Origin: Bacillota bacterium
GTDB lineage: Bacteria > Bacillota > Sulfobacillia > Fermentithermobacillales > Fermentithermobacillaceae
Reading direction: 5' to 3'
DNA: 64,000 nt
Assembly (NCBI GenBank): GCA_050260675.1
Contig: JBLNCN010000012.1
Span: 6,104 to 70,103 of the forward strand
How positions within the stretch are numbered: position 1 is the stretch's first letter; every line of letters begins with the position of its first letter. This document shows positions 14,178 through 21,265 of the stretch, piece by piece. The position numbers and the translations under genes are program-made. The notes beneath the pieces were generated by a model, which was not told the DNA's origin, searched no databases, and worked only from the letters and a program-made list of their open reading frames with translations.

Positions 14178-14921
14178 GTGCAGGTGACAGAACACGACAA
14201 AGTAAGGCTCGAAACCGTGAGGTTCATGCGCGGCAAATACCGGTTGGATGAGGTCGCAGGGATGTACTACGACGTCCCTTGCGTGAGATTCCGGCAAGGA
14301 AAGAAAGCCATTGTGTCCATAAACCTGCACGATGACCGTTATGAGTTCCAAATCGTTCTCGGGAAAGCAGAAAGAGAGAAGTTTGAGGCAGTAAAGAATG
14401 AGTTCCCGCTTGAGATACAAGAGCTTTATGACCGTGAACGTACCCTGCACGATGGCAAATGGTTGCTAATCCCCGTTGCCGATCTGAAAACCCTGGAAGC
14501 CGTAAAGAAGCTGATCCTCATTAGGAAAAAGCCGAACCGTAAGCCCTTGCCAAAGGAAAACGCCGTGCACGGCAAGTGTGGACATAGATGCGACTTGTGT
14601 GTGCATTACACCGGCATTACCGAGGAATTCAGAGAGATGCTCATTCCGCATCTGAACGCGGTCTATGGCGTATCTGATTGGGCTATGCGTTGCACCGGTT
14701 GTGATACGCCCGATTGCCATTGTCGCCGTGATGGGAATGAGTTGTGTGAGCCATTGAAATGCCTGCGTACAGAACAGCTGAATACCTGCTTTGATTGCGC
14801 GAGATATCCCTGTGAACAAGCGACCGTTGGATACAGGCGATTAGAGCACAAGAACATCTCTGCAGATGATATCACATGGGCGATCTTGCCCTATGTTCCA
14901 TATCAGTACGAGCGAGACTAA
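14178..14921 (+). CDS. hypothetical protein, N-terminal DUF3788-like domain fused to a Cys-rich DUF3795-like domain
   Basis: 247 aa. The C-terminal half has more than 12 Cys in CxxC/CxC spacing ('CGHRCDLC', 'CTGCDTPDCHC', 'CFDCARYPC'). Confidence 0.5.
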   Translation: MQVTEHDKVRLETVRFMRGKYRLDEVAGMYYDVPCVRFRQGKKAIVSINLHDDRYEFQIVLGKAEREKFEAVKNEFPLEIQELYDRERTLHDGKWLLIPVADLKTLEAVKKLILIRKKPNRKPLPKENAVHGKCGHRCDLCVHYTGITEEFREMLIPHLNAVYGVSDWAMRCTGCDTPDCHCRRDGNELCEPLKCLRTEQLNTCFDCARYPCEQATVGYRRLEHKNISADDITWAILPYVPYQYERD

Positions 14922-14970
14922 TGAATGTTCCCGCGCTCCGGTGAGGCTTCGCTTGCGGAGGTTACAAGCA

Positions 14971-15672
14971 ATGGACGTTGAGTGTGTATGGGAGCATAAC
15001 GGCAATGACACGCTACTCTGGGCTGTCAATTTCCCCGGTGCTTACACACGTGGCGCAAGCAAGGAAATCGCAGTCCAGAAGATGCCGGGAGAATTACGCT
15101 CGTATCTCTTGTGGAAGGGAGATGCAGCACCGGAGGAACTGACGGTGGAGATCGTGCAGGATGCTCCCTGCGAGCTGCAAATCAGTGATGCGGATACTGA
15201 AGTGCTGTTTGCCCAGGAAAAGATGCCTCTGACCATGGAGGAATACACCGGATTGAAAGCTCTCGTGCTAAAGTCAGCGGCCGATTTCCTGTCGTTGTAT
15301 GACGCAGTCCCGAACAAAGATAAGAGGGATGCTCCGGTCCGCAAGACCTTCTATGGGCAGGTTCCAAGAACCGCGGATGAAATGTACGAGCACACAAGGA
15401 ATGTCAATAGATACTATTTCGGCCAAATTAAAGTAGATGCCAACAATCGGGGTACGATCTACGAATGCCGGTGCAGAGGATTTGAAGCGTTGGAATCCAA
15501 GCCGAATTTCCTCGCAAATCCTGTGATTAAGGGCAGCCATGGCGAGTACTGGACACTACGGAAGATGCTCCGCCGATTCCTCTGGCACGATAGAATCCAT
15601 GCCAGAGCCATGTACCGGATGGCCACAAGGATATTCGGCACAGAGGCAGTTCCGAATGTGTTCTGCTTTTGA
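14971..15672 (+). CDS. hypothetical protein; N-terminal HicB-like (UPF0150) fold, His-rich C-terminal domain
   Basis: ATG 14971 follows GGAGG with 9-nt spacing. 'VWEHNGNDTLLWAVNFPGAYTRGASKEIAVQKM' resembles HicB-family N-termini. Confidence 0.5.
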   Translation: MDVECVWEHNGNDTLLWAVNFPGAYTRGASKEIAVQKMPGELRSYLLWKGDAAPEELTVEIVQDAPCELQISDADTEVLFAQEKMPLTMEEYTGLKALVLKSAADFLSLYDAVPNKDKRDAPVRKTFYGQVPRTADEMYEHTRNVNRYYFGQIKVDANNRGTIYECRCRGFEALESKPNFLANPVIKGSHGEYWTLRKMLRRFLWHDRIHARAMYRMATRIFGTEAVPNVFCF

Positions 15673-15777
15673 CCATTGAACCTTCTCAATCCTCGTTGAC
15701 TCTGTCCTCCTAATGTCGGAAAAGGGAGAATAACGCGGAGCACGGAATGTTGGGCCGAAGAGATAGGGAGGGGCAAG

Positions 15778-16338
15778 ATGATGTCCCAGTTGGTTTTCCG
15801 AGACAGGTCAGAACTGCGTCGGTGGCTCGAAGCCAATCACGCTACCAGCCCAGGCATCTGGATGGTGTTTGGCAAGGACGCCAGAGTGGTCACGGTGCGT
15901 GCCGATGAAGCACTTGAGGAAGCTCTGTGTTTTGGCTGGATCGACGGCCAAATCAAGAGCATTAACGACAGTACCTACGTGAAGCGGTTTACGCCGCGCC
16001 GGAAGGGAAGCAAGTGGTCTGCTCGTAACCGCAAGATCGCGGCAGAGCTGATTGCGCGAGGGCTAATGACTGAGCACGGCCTGGCCACCATTGAAAGGGC
16101 CAAGGCTGAAGGCACTTGGGATGTTCCCGGGCCCTCTCCGGTAACCGAGGACCAGATCGCGGTTCTGGTAGAGGCCCTTCACGGAGCAGAGCCCGCGTCC
16201 ACGAATTACTCCAAGATGTCACCATCGGTCAGGCGAACCTACGCAGCCTTCTACCTTGACGCCAAATCCGCGGACGCTAGGGCGAGGAGACTAGAGAGGA
16301 TCATCGATCGCCTTAACCAGAACCTCAAGCCCATGTAA
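15778..16338 (+). CDS. YdeI/OmpD-associated family protein (PF13376)
   Basis: 'FRDRSELRRWLEANHATSPGIWMVF' is the characteristic N-terminus; 186 aa; GGGAGGGG RBS. Confidence 0.7.
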   Translation: MMSQLVFRDRSELRRWLEANHATSPGIWMVFGKDARVVTVRADEALEEALCFGWIDGQIKSINDSTYVKRFTPRRKGSKWSARNRKIAAELIARGLMTEHGLATIERAKAEGTWDVPGPSPVTEDQIAVLVEALHGAEPASTNYSKMSPSVRRTYAAFYLDAKSADARARRLERIIDRLNQNLKPM

Positions 16339-16390
16339 CCACCAAGACACCGCAGCGTGAGCGCCGGCGCTCCGCTCTACTCTGTGACAG
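16330..16390 (+). repeat. 3'-end repeat family B, copy 1 (YdeI stop-codon context 'cccatgtaaccacc...' plus palindromic hairpin GAGCGCCGGCGCTC)
   Basis: About 85% identical over about 36 nt to the copy at 17262-17315; includes a terminator-like palindrome at 16369-16382. Confidence 0.6.
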
Positions 16391-16554
16391 CAAGTCTACT
16401 GCAATCCTTCTCACGCTAGAGATATCGAGACGTTTTGAAGAAGGCGCCGTAATCATCGGATGGGGCTGTGCCTTGTCTGCGTATCGGGGATGGCCTGAAG
16501 GCGCTGAGGCCGCGAACAGAATGTGCCAGGAGGCAGGATCTTGGAGGTAGGATT

Positions 16555-17229
16555 ATGCACAAGCAAGCGTTGACCTACATAGTACGAGTGATTGCCCAAC
16601 GCGCATTGGGATTGCTTCTATACCTCCTTGGCGCGTCCTGGGCGATGAGCTTTCGGTCGAAGGTATACTTCGCGCTCTACTTTGTCTCGGCCATTATCTC
16701 CAGTGCGGTGATGTATCGCGCTAACCCCACAACACTTGCTGAACGTAGCAAGGTAGATACGAATTCCCCCAAATGGGATAAGGCGTTGCTGGGCATCTAC
16801 TGGCTTTTGGCGTTCTTTTTCATTTATCTTGTCGCCGGGATCGAATCGGCTAAGGCACCGCCCGCCGGTGTCGCGTTTTGGACAGGAGTCATCCTGCAGC
16901 TCCTGTCCGTGGCAGTAGTACTGTGGTCTATGATGGTCAACACTTTTCTTGAGTCTACTGCACGCGTCCAGACTGACCGGGCACAGACTGTCTGTAAGAA
17001 TGGCCCTTACCGTATCATCCGCCATCCGACTTACTCATCTATTCTGCTCTGGTGCGTATCCGTATCCATGGTCTTTGCAACACCAATCGTCATGGCAGTT
17101 GCGGCCGTCGTTGCTCTTATCATCACGATCCGTACATATCTCGAGGATGAAATGCTGAAAGAGCAGCTTGTGGGGTACGCAGAGTATTCGCGGGAAGTGC
17201 CGTACCGGCTTGTGCCCTTCGTCTGGTAG
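16555..17229 (+). CDS. isoprenylcysteine carboxyl methyltransferase (ICMT)/phospholipid methyltransferase family membrane protein
   Basis: Multi-TM protein with C-terminal 'NGPYRIIRHPTYSSILLW' (ICMT/PEMT motif). ATG 16555 follows GGAGG. Confidence 0.65.
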   Translation: MHKQALTYIVRVIAQRALGLLLYLLGASWAMSFRSKVYFALYFVSAIISSAVMYRANPTTLAERSKVDTNSPKWDKALLGIYWLLAFFFIYLVAGIESAKAPPAGVAFWTGVILQLLSVAVVLWSMMVNTFLESTARVQTDRAQTVCKNGPYRIIRHPTYSSILLWCVSVSMVFATPIVMAVAAVVALIITIRTYLEDEMLKEQLVGYAEYSREVPYRLVPFVW

Positions 17230-17261
17230 CTGCTGAGGCAGCAACATTCCTGCACAGGGGA

Positions 17262-17315
17262 CCCCATGTAACCACCGAGAACACCGCAAGTGAACGCGGT
17301 GTTCTACTACTGCTA
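17262..17315 (+). repeat. 3'-end repeat family B, copy 2 (carries an orphan 'cccatgtaa' stop-codon remnant plus hairpin GAACACCGC-N8-GCGGTGTTC)
   Basis: Lies 33 nt downstream of the ICMT stop. The conserved 'ccccatgtaaccaccgagaacaccgca' matches the YdeI 3' end. Confidence 0.6.
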
Positions 17316-17504
17316 TGTAATAGTACGCCTCACGAATATTGGCCAGTCCAATCTAGGCCAAATTCCCCTTGTCAAGATCCAAGCCTTGTGCTACCGTATT
17401 ATAGATAGTGCGCACAAGTACAAAGTATATCGTTCCCTGATACGCCGTTCACCCGCTTTTGTTGGCGCACTATTCAGAGTAGTGGGTATGTTGGGGGATT
17501 AGCC

Positions 17505-19316
17505 ATGGCGGGGTTACCTCCTGAGACCAGGCTCCTATACCAGTTCCATCTGGCCCAGGGAGAGTTCCAAAAGATAAGCGAGGAGACCCAAGGTCTCCGG
17601 AGAGCCCTGCTTGGCATTGGTTTCCCATCGGAAGCTTCCCGCCGCGCTCTCATCGCCGCCTATGAGCTGGGCATGAACATCGTGATCCACGCCAGGGAAG
17701 GGTCGGTCAGGATGGCGTGGAGAGACGGCGCCATCGAGATCAGCGCTAGGGACACAGGCCCCGGCATCCCCGACGTAGACCTCGCAATGCGAGAAGGATA
17801 CTCGACCGCACCCGACTACGTGCGGGAGATGGGGTTCGGCGCGGGCATGGGCCTCCCGAACGCCAAGAAGTCTTCGGACCACTTCCTCCTGGAGTCTACG
17901 GTCGGTGTCGGAACGACTGCGACCTGCCTGGTCCTGCCCGGTCCCGCGGATATTCCTGCGCAGCCTTACTTCCACTCAGTGCAACTGGATGCGGACAAAT
18001 GCAAAGGATGCACCAACTGCATCAAGGGTTGTCCCACAGAAGCCATCAGGGTCCGAGGCGGGAAGGCTTTCATCCTTCAGGACCGGTGTATCGACTGCGG
18101 CGAGTGCATCAGGCGATGCCCAAACTACGCGAAATCCGCCCTTACCGACACATTCTCGGCGCTGGACGGTTATGACCGTACCATAGCCCTCATCCCCCCG
18201 TCCTTCTACGGAAACTTCAGAGATCTCTCGCCTGATTTGGTGCGGGCCGCGCTCACCGCTCCCGGCGGATTCCACGAGGTGTTTGACGTCGCCGTGGCTG
18301 CTGACCTCGTGTCGGAGGTCATGCGGGACTACATGGCTGATCATGCTGATGAAGGACCTTTCATCTCGCCTGCGTGTCCCGCTGTTCTCCGGCTTATCCA
18401 GGTTAAGTACCCGTCGCTCCTCCGGCACGTCATCCCGGCCGAGGCGCCGATGGAGATCGCCGCCTGGCTGGCCAAGACACTCGCCGGAACGGGCCGGGGA
18501 GGCCGGGCCCCCGCGGCAGTCTTCATATCCCCCTGTCCGGCAAAGATCACCGCTGCCCGCCAGCCGGTCGGCAGGGGACGGTCGCTGGTCGACGCTGTTG
18601 TGTCCTCCAGCGAAGCAAAGGCGTTCGTTGAGGCCCATAAGGCGACCGCGCCGCGGCCGGACTCCAGTGGAGACCTCGGAGGCATCCGTTCAACTGGGTA
18701 TGGGCTAGGCTGGGGCCGGTCCGGAGGGGAGATGAAAGCCGCCGGAGCCCGCGGGCTCATAGTGGACGGCATCAAGGAGGTCTCGTCAGTCCTCGACCGG
18801 CTGGAGAAAGGGGCTATCGGCAAAGAGGTGCTCCTCATCGAGGCGTCGGCCTGTCCCGGCGGATGCGCAGGCGGCTGCCTACACGCTGAGAACCCGTACG
18901 TCTCCAGGATGAGGATATCCAACTTGGCGAGAGTGCAGCGTGAGCACCGAAACGAGGTTGATCCCCGGGTCCGGGCTGTCGGCAAGGGCAAGCCCGAGCT
19001 CTGGTTCAGCGTGAGACTGCAGCCTAGACCCATATTCCGGCTCGATGCCGACCCTGTCAAAGCGGAGCAGAAGCTCCGGGAGCTCAGAGAGATCGAGAGC
19101 GGACTGCCCGGACTCGACTGCGGGGCGTGCGGGGCGCCGACGTGCCGGACCCTGGCCGAAGACATAGTCCTGGGCCGCGGGACGAGTTGGGACTGCACGT
19201 TCAAACTGAGAGAACGGCTTGGAGTTTTGGCAGAGGAAGTAAAGGACCTGGCCAGCAGGCGTCCGCCCGCAATGGCCAGGCCTTCGGATGACGGAGATCA
19301 AAGGGGACAGGTGTGA
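17505..19316 (+). CDS. multidomain protein: RsbW/SpoIIAB-like GHKL Ser-kinase/anti-sigma domain, 2x[4Fe-4S] ferredoxin, [FeFe]-hydrogenase large-subunit-like domain with degenerate H-cluster motifs, and a C-terminal CxxCGxxxC Fe-S domain
   Basis: N-box 'ELGMNIVIHA', G1 'DTGPGI', G2 'GFGAGMGL'. 'CKGCTNCIKGCP' and 'CIDCGECIRRCP'. Degenerate P1/P2/P3: 'ISPACPAV', 'ISPCPAK', 'EASACPGGCAGGC'. C-terminal 'LDCGACGAPTCRT'. Confidence 0.7.
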   Translation: MAGLPPETRLLYQFHLAQGEFQKISEETQGLRRALLGIGFPSEASRRALIAAYELGMNIVIHAREGSVRMAWRDGAIEISARDTGPGIPDVDLAMREGYSTAPDYVREMGFGAGMGLPNAKKSSDHFLLESTVGVGTTATCLVLPGPADIPAQPYFHSVQLDADKCKGCTNCIKGCPTEAIRVRGGKAFILQDRCIDCGECIRRCPNYAKSALTDTFSALDGYDRTIALIPPSFYGNFRDLSPDLVRAALTAPGGFHEVFDVAVAADLVSEVMRDYMADHADEGPFISPACPAVLRLIQVKYPSLLRHVIPAEAPMEIAAWLAKTLAGTGRGGRAPAAVFISPCPAKITAARQPVGRGRSLVDAVVSSSEAKAFVEAHKATAPRPDSSGDLGGIRSTGYGLGWGRSGGEMKAAGARGLIVDGIKEVSSVLDRLEKGAIGKEVLLIEASACPGGCAGGCLHAENPYVSRMRISNLARVQREHRNEVDPRVRAVGKGKPELWFSVRLQPRPIFRLDADPVKAEQKLRELREIESGLPGLDCGACGAPTCRTLAEDIVLGRGTSWDCTFKLRERLGVLAEEVKDLASRRPPAMARPSDDGDQRGQV

Positions 19317-19317
19317 G

Positions 19318-19662
19318 ATGCAATCGGTTCGCGTACACGACCTCATTTCTGAACTAGGTCTTAGCGTTAAGGCCGCTACTCGTGAGGGCGAAGCGCGCCT
19401 CGTTAGCGGCGGTTTCTGCGGCGACGTGCTCTCCCACGTGATGGCGGGGGCTCGTCCGGGGCACGCGTGGATCACTGTGCAGACCCACGAGAACGTCGTG
19501 GCTGTCGGGGCCGTGGTGGACGTAGCGTGCATCATTGTTTGCCAGCGGGAGATCCCGGAGGAGACGACCCGAAGGGCCGTAGCCGAGGGCATTACCCTGC
19601 TGTGGTCTGACCGCTCTGCTTTTGAGCTATCGGGGCGCATGTACCGGTTGTTCGCGTCCTGA
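19318..19662 (+). CDS. DRTGG domain-containing protein
   Basis: ATG 19318 follows AAAGGGGA. 'LVSGGFCGDVLSHVMAG...WITVQTHENVVAVG' matches the DRTGG domain pattern. Confidence 0.6.
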   Translation: MQSVRVHDLISELGLSVKAATREGEARLVSGGFCGDVLSHVMAGARPGHAWITVQTHENVVAVGAVVDVACIIVCQREIPEETTRRAVAEGITLLWSDRSAFELSGRMYRLFAS

Positions 19663-19679
19663 GGCTCGAGAAGCTTCTG

Positions 19680-20243
19680 TTGGCGGCGAAGTGTCGAAGG
19701 GAGGCTGAACTGAGAGTGGCTCACGGCGAAGAGGGACACAAGTGCGAGTGCTTTGAAGCGTACCGCGACATCGAGAAGGTGATCGACCGGCACGCAGGTG
19801 ATCCTGGATCCCTTATCCAGGTGCTGCACTACGCGCAGGAACGTCTCGGGTACGTACCGAGGGACGTCCAGGTCAGGGTAGCTGAGAAACTGGGGGTATC
19901 GCTTGCTGAGGTCTGCGGAGTCATCACGTTCTACTCGTTCTTCCGGGAGAGGCCCAGGGGCAAGTACACGGTCTCGTCCTGTCAGGGAACGGCGTGTTAC
20001 GTGAGAGGAGCTCCCGAGGTCCTTGCGAGGCTGGAGCGTGAACTGGGCATCAAGGCCGGTGACAGCACGCCCGACGGGCTGTTCTCCATCGAGATCGTGA
20101 GATGTCTGGGCGCTTGCGGCTTGGCCCCGGTCATGACGGTGAACAAGGACACATACGGACGCGTGACCGAGGACAAGGTGCCCGCAATGCTTGCTATGTA
20201 CAAGGTGAAGAAGGACCAGGAAGAGCGGGTGGCCCAGAACTAG
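19680..20243 (+). CDS. hydC: NADH-dependent [FeFe]-hydrogenase subunit HydC (NuoE-like thioredoxin-fold 2Fe-2S protein)
   Basis: 'GSLIQVLHYAQERLGYV...SCQGTACYVRGA...CLGACGLAPVM' NuoE 2Fe-2S motifs. An alternative GTG start at 19716 follows GGGAGG. Confidence 0.8.
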   Translation: MAAKCRREAELRVAHGEEGHKCECFEAYRDIEKVIDRHAGDPGSLIQVLHYAQERLGYVPRDVQVRVAEKLGVSLAEVCGVITFYSFFRERPRGKYTVSSCQGTACYVRGAPEVLARLERELGIKAGDSTPDGLFSIEIVRCLGACGLAPVMTVNKDTYGRVTEDKVPAMLAMYKVKKDQEERVAQN

Positions 20244-20307
20244 CGCCCGCGTTCTCTTGGGATGTCTGACTATACGACGATGGCGACGGCGAGGAGGGGA
20301 AGCAACG

Positions 20308-20886
20308 ATGCTTGACATTTCGCTGCACCTGCTTGACCTCCTTCAGAATTGCGCTCACGCGGGCGCGACGCGGGTGGAAGTCCTGATCCGCGAGGACGTT
20401 CAGGCCGACCTCCTGGAGGTTTCGGTCCGGGACAACGGACGCGGCATGGACCAAGAGGTGGTTAAGAAGGCGCTGGACCCGTTCTACTCGTCCTCCGACA
20501 AGCGGGTAGGTCTCGGGCTTCCTTTTGTGGCCCAGGCTGCCGCTATGACGGGAGGGACGGTCCGGGTGGACTCAACGCCCGGCGAGGGAACGTCGGTGAC
20601 AGCGACCTTCAAGCTTTCCCACGTCGATAGGCAGCCCCTCGGCGACCTCGCGGCGACAGCCGTATCGTTTCTCGCCGGTAGCCGAGGCATCGAGCTGTCA
20701 GTAACGTACCGCGGTCGCACCGGGCACCGGTTTGGCTTTGATACCGGAGTGGAATTCCCCCCTGCAAGAAGGGTGGACTTGGGCCAGATAGGGTTCCTTT
20801 GCGCGGTGGAAGAGAAACTGCGGGACGGGCTGGCGAAGGCCGGCTTTTCGCCCGACGGAGGAGGCATCGGAGTTGAAGTCGATTGA
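20308..20886 (+). CDS. histidine-kinase-like (GHKL) ATPase domain protein embedded in the hydrogenase operon
   Basis: ATG 20308 follows GGAGGGGAAG. 'VRDNGRGMD', 'GLGLPFV', 'GTSVTATF' HATPase_c motifs. No HisKA/dimerisation domain and no TM helix. Confidence 0.6.
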   Translation: MLDISLHLLDLLQNCAHAGATRVEVLIREDVQADLLEVSVRDNGRGMDQEVVKKALDPFYSSSDKRVGLGLPFVAQAAAMTGGTVRVDSTPGEGTSVTATFKLSHVDRQPLGDLAATAVSFLAGSRGIELSVTYRGRTGHRFGFDTGVEFPPARRVDLGQIGFLCAVEEKLRDGLAKAGFSPDGGGIGVEVD

Positions 20887-21247
20887 GGACCTGGAGAGAG
20901 TCAGAGACGAGGCCAGGGAGGACATCAGGGTTCGTCAGGCTTCTGGATGTCCCAGAGTGGTGGTCGGAATGGGCACGTGCGGCATTGCTGCCGGGGCTCG
21001 CGAGACCATGCTCGCGGTCATCGACGAGCTGAAGAAGCGTCGCAAGATGGACGTCACCGTTTCCGAGACCGGCTGCATCGGGCTCTGCGTGAAGGAGCCT
21101 GTCCTTGAGGTCGAGATGCCGGGCCAGCAGAAGGTCGTCTACGGAAACGTGGACGCAGCAAAAGCGCGGCAGATAATCGGTTCTCACGTTGTGAACCGCC
21201 AGCCCGTAAAGGACTGGATCATAAACGTCCAGACGGACAAGGGTTAA
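20873..21247 (+). CDS. small thioredoxin-like [2Fe-2S] ferredoxin (HydD-like subunit)
   Basis: 124 aa, 'GCPRVVVGMGTCGIAAGA...TGCIGLCVKEP'. TTG start follows GGAGGAGG. Confidence 0.65.
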   Translation: MKSIEDLERVRDEAREDIRVRQASGCPRVVVGMGTCGIAAGARETMLAVIDELKKRRKMDVTVSETGCIGLCVKEPVLEVEMPGQQKVVYGNVDAAKARQIIGSHVVNRQPVKDWIINVQTDKG

Positions 21248-21265
21248 GGGGAGAGGAGTGGCCTA

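Noticed and set aside
17290-17502. 70-aa ORF in the leader upstream of the hydrogenase regulatory gene
   Set aside because: No RBS and odd composition. The region more likely holds promoter/operator elements (IR plus TATTAT).
12619-17505. Interpreting the whole 12.6-17.5 kb accessory stretch as a prophage or integrative element
   Set aside because: No integrase, recombinase, transposase, tRNA/att site or phage structural genes. Only the 12.6-14.2 kb part is strongly AT-rich; the rest has near-host composition.
17505-19316. Calling the 603-aa protein a second catalytic [FeFe]-hydrogenase
   Set aside because: All three H-cluster signature motifs are degenerate (single Cys in P1, no MPC/K context, no GGGQP). 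It is therefore treated as a sensor or regulatory hydrogenase-like domain.
19288-19662. Longer start (19288) for the DRTGG gene overlapping the upstream ORF
   Set aside because: ATG 19318 has a proper RBS and avoids a 29-nt overlap.
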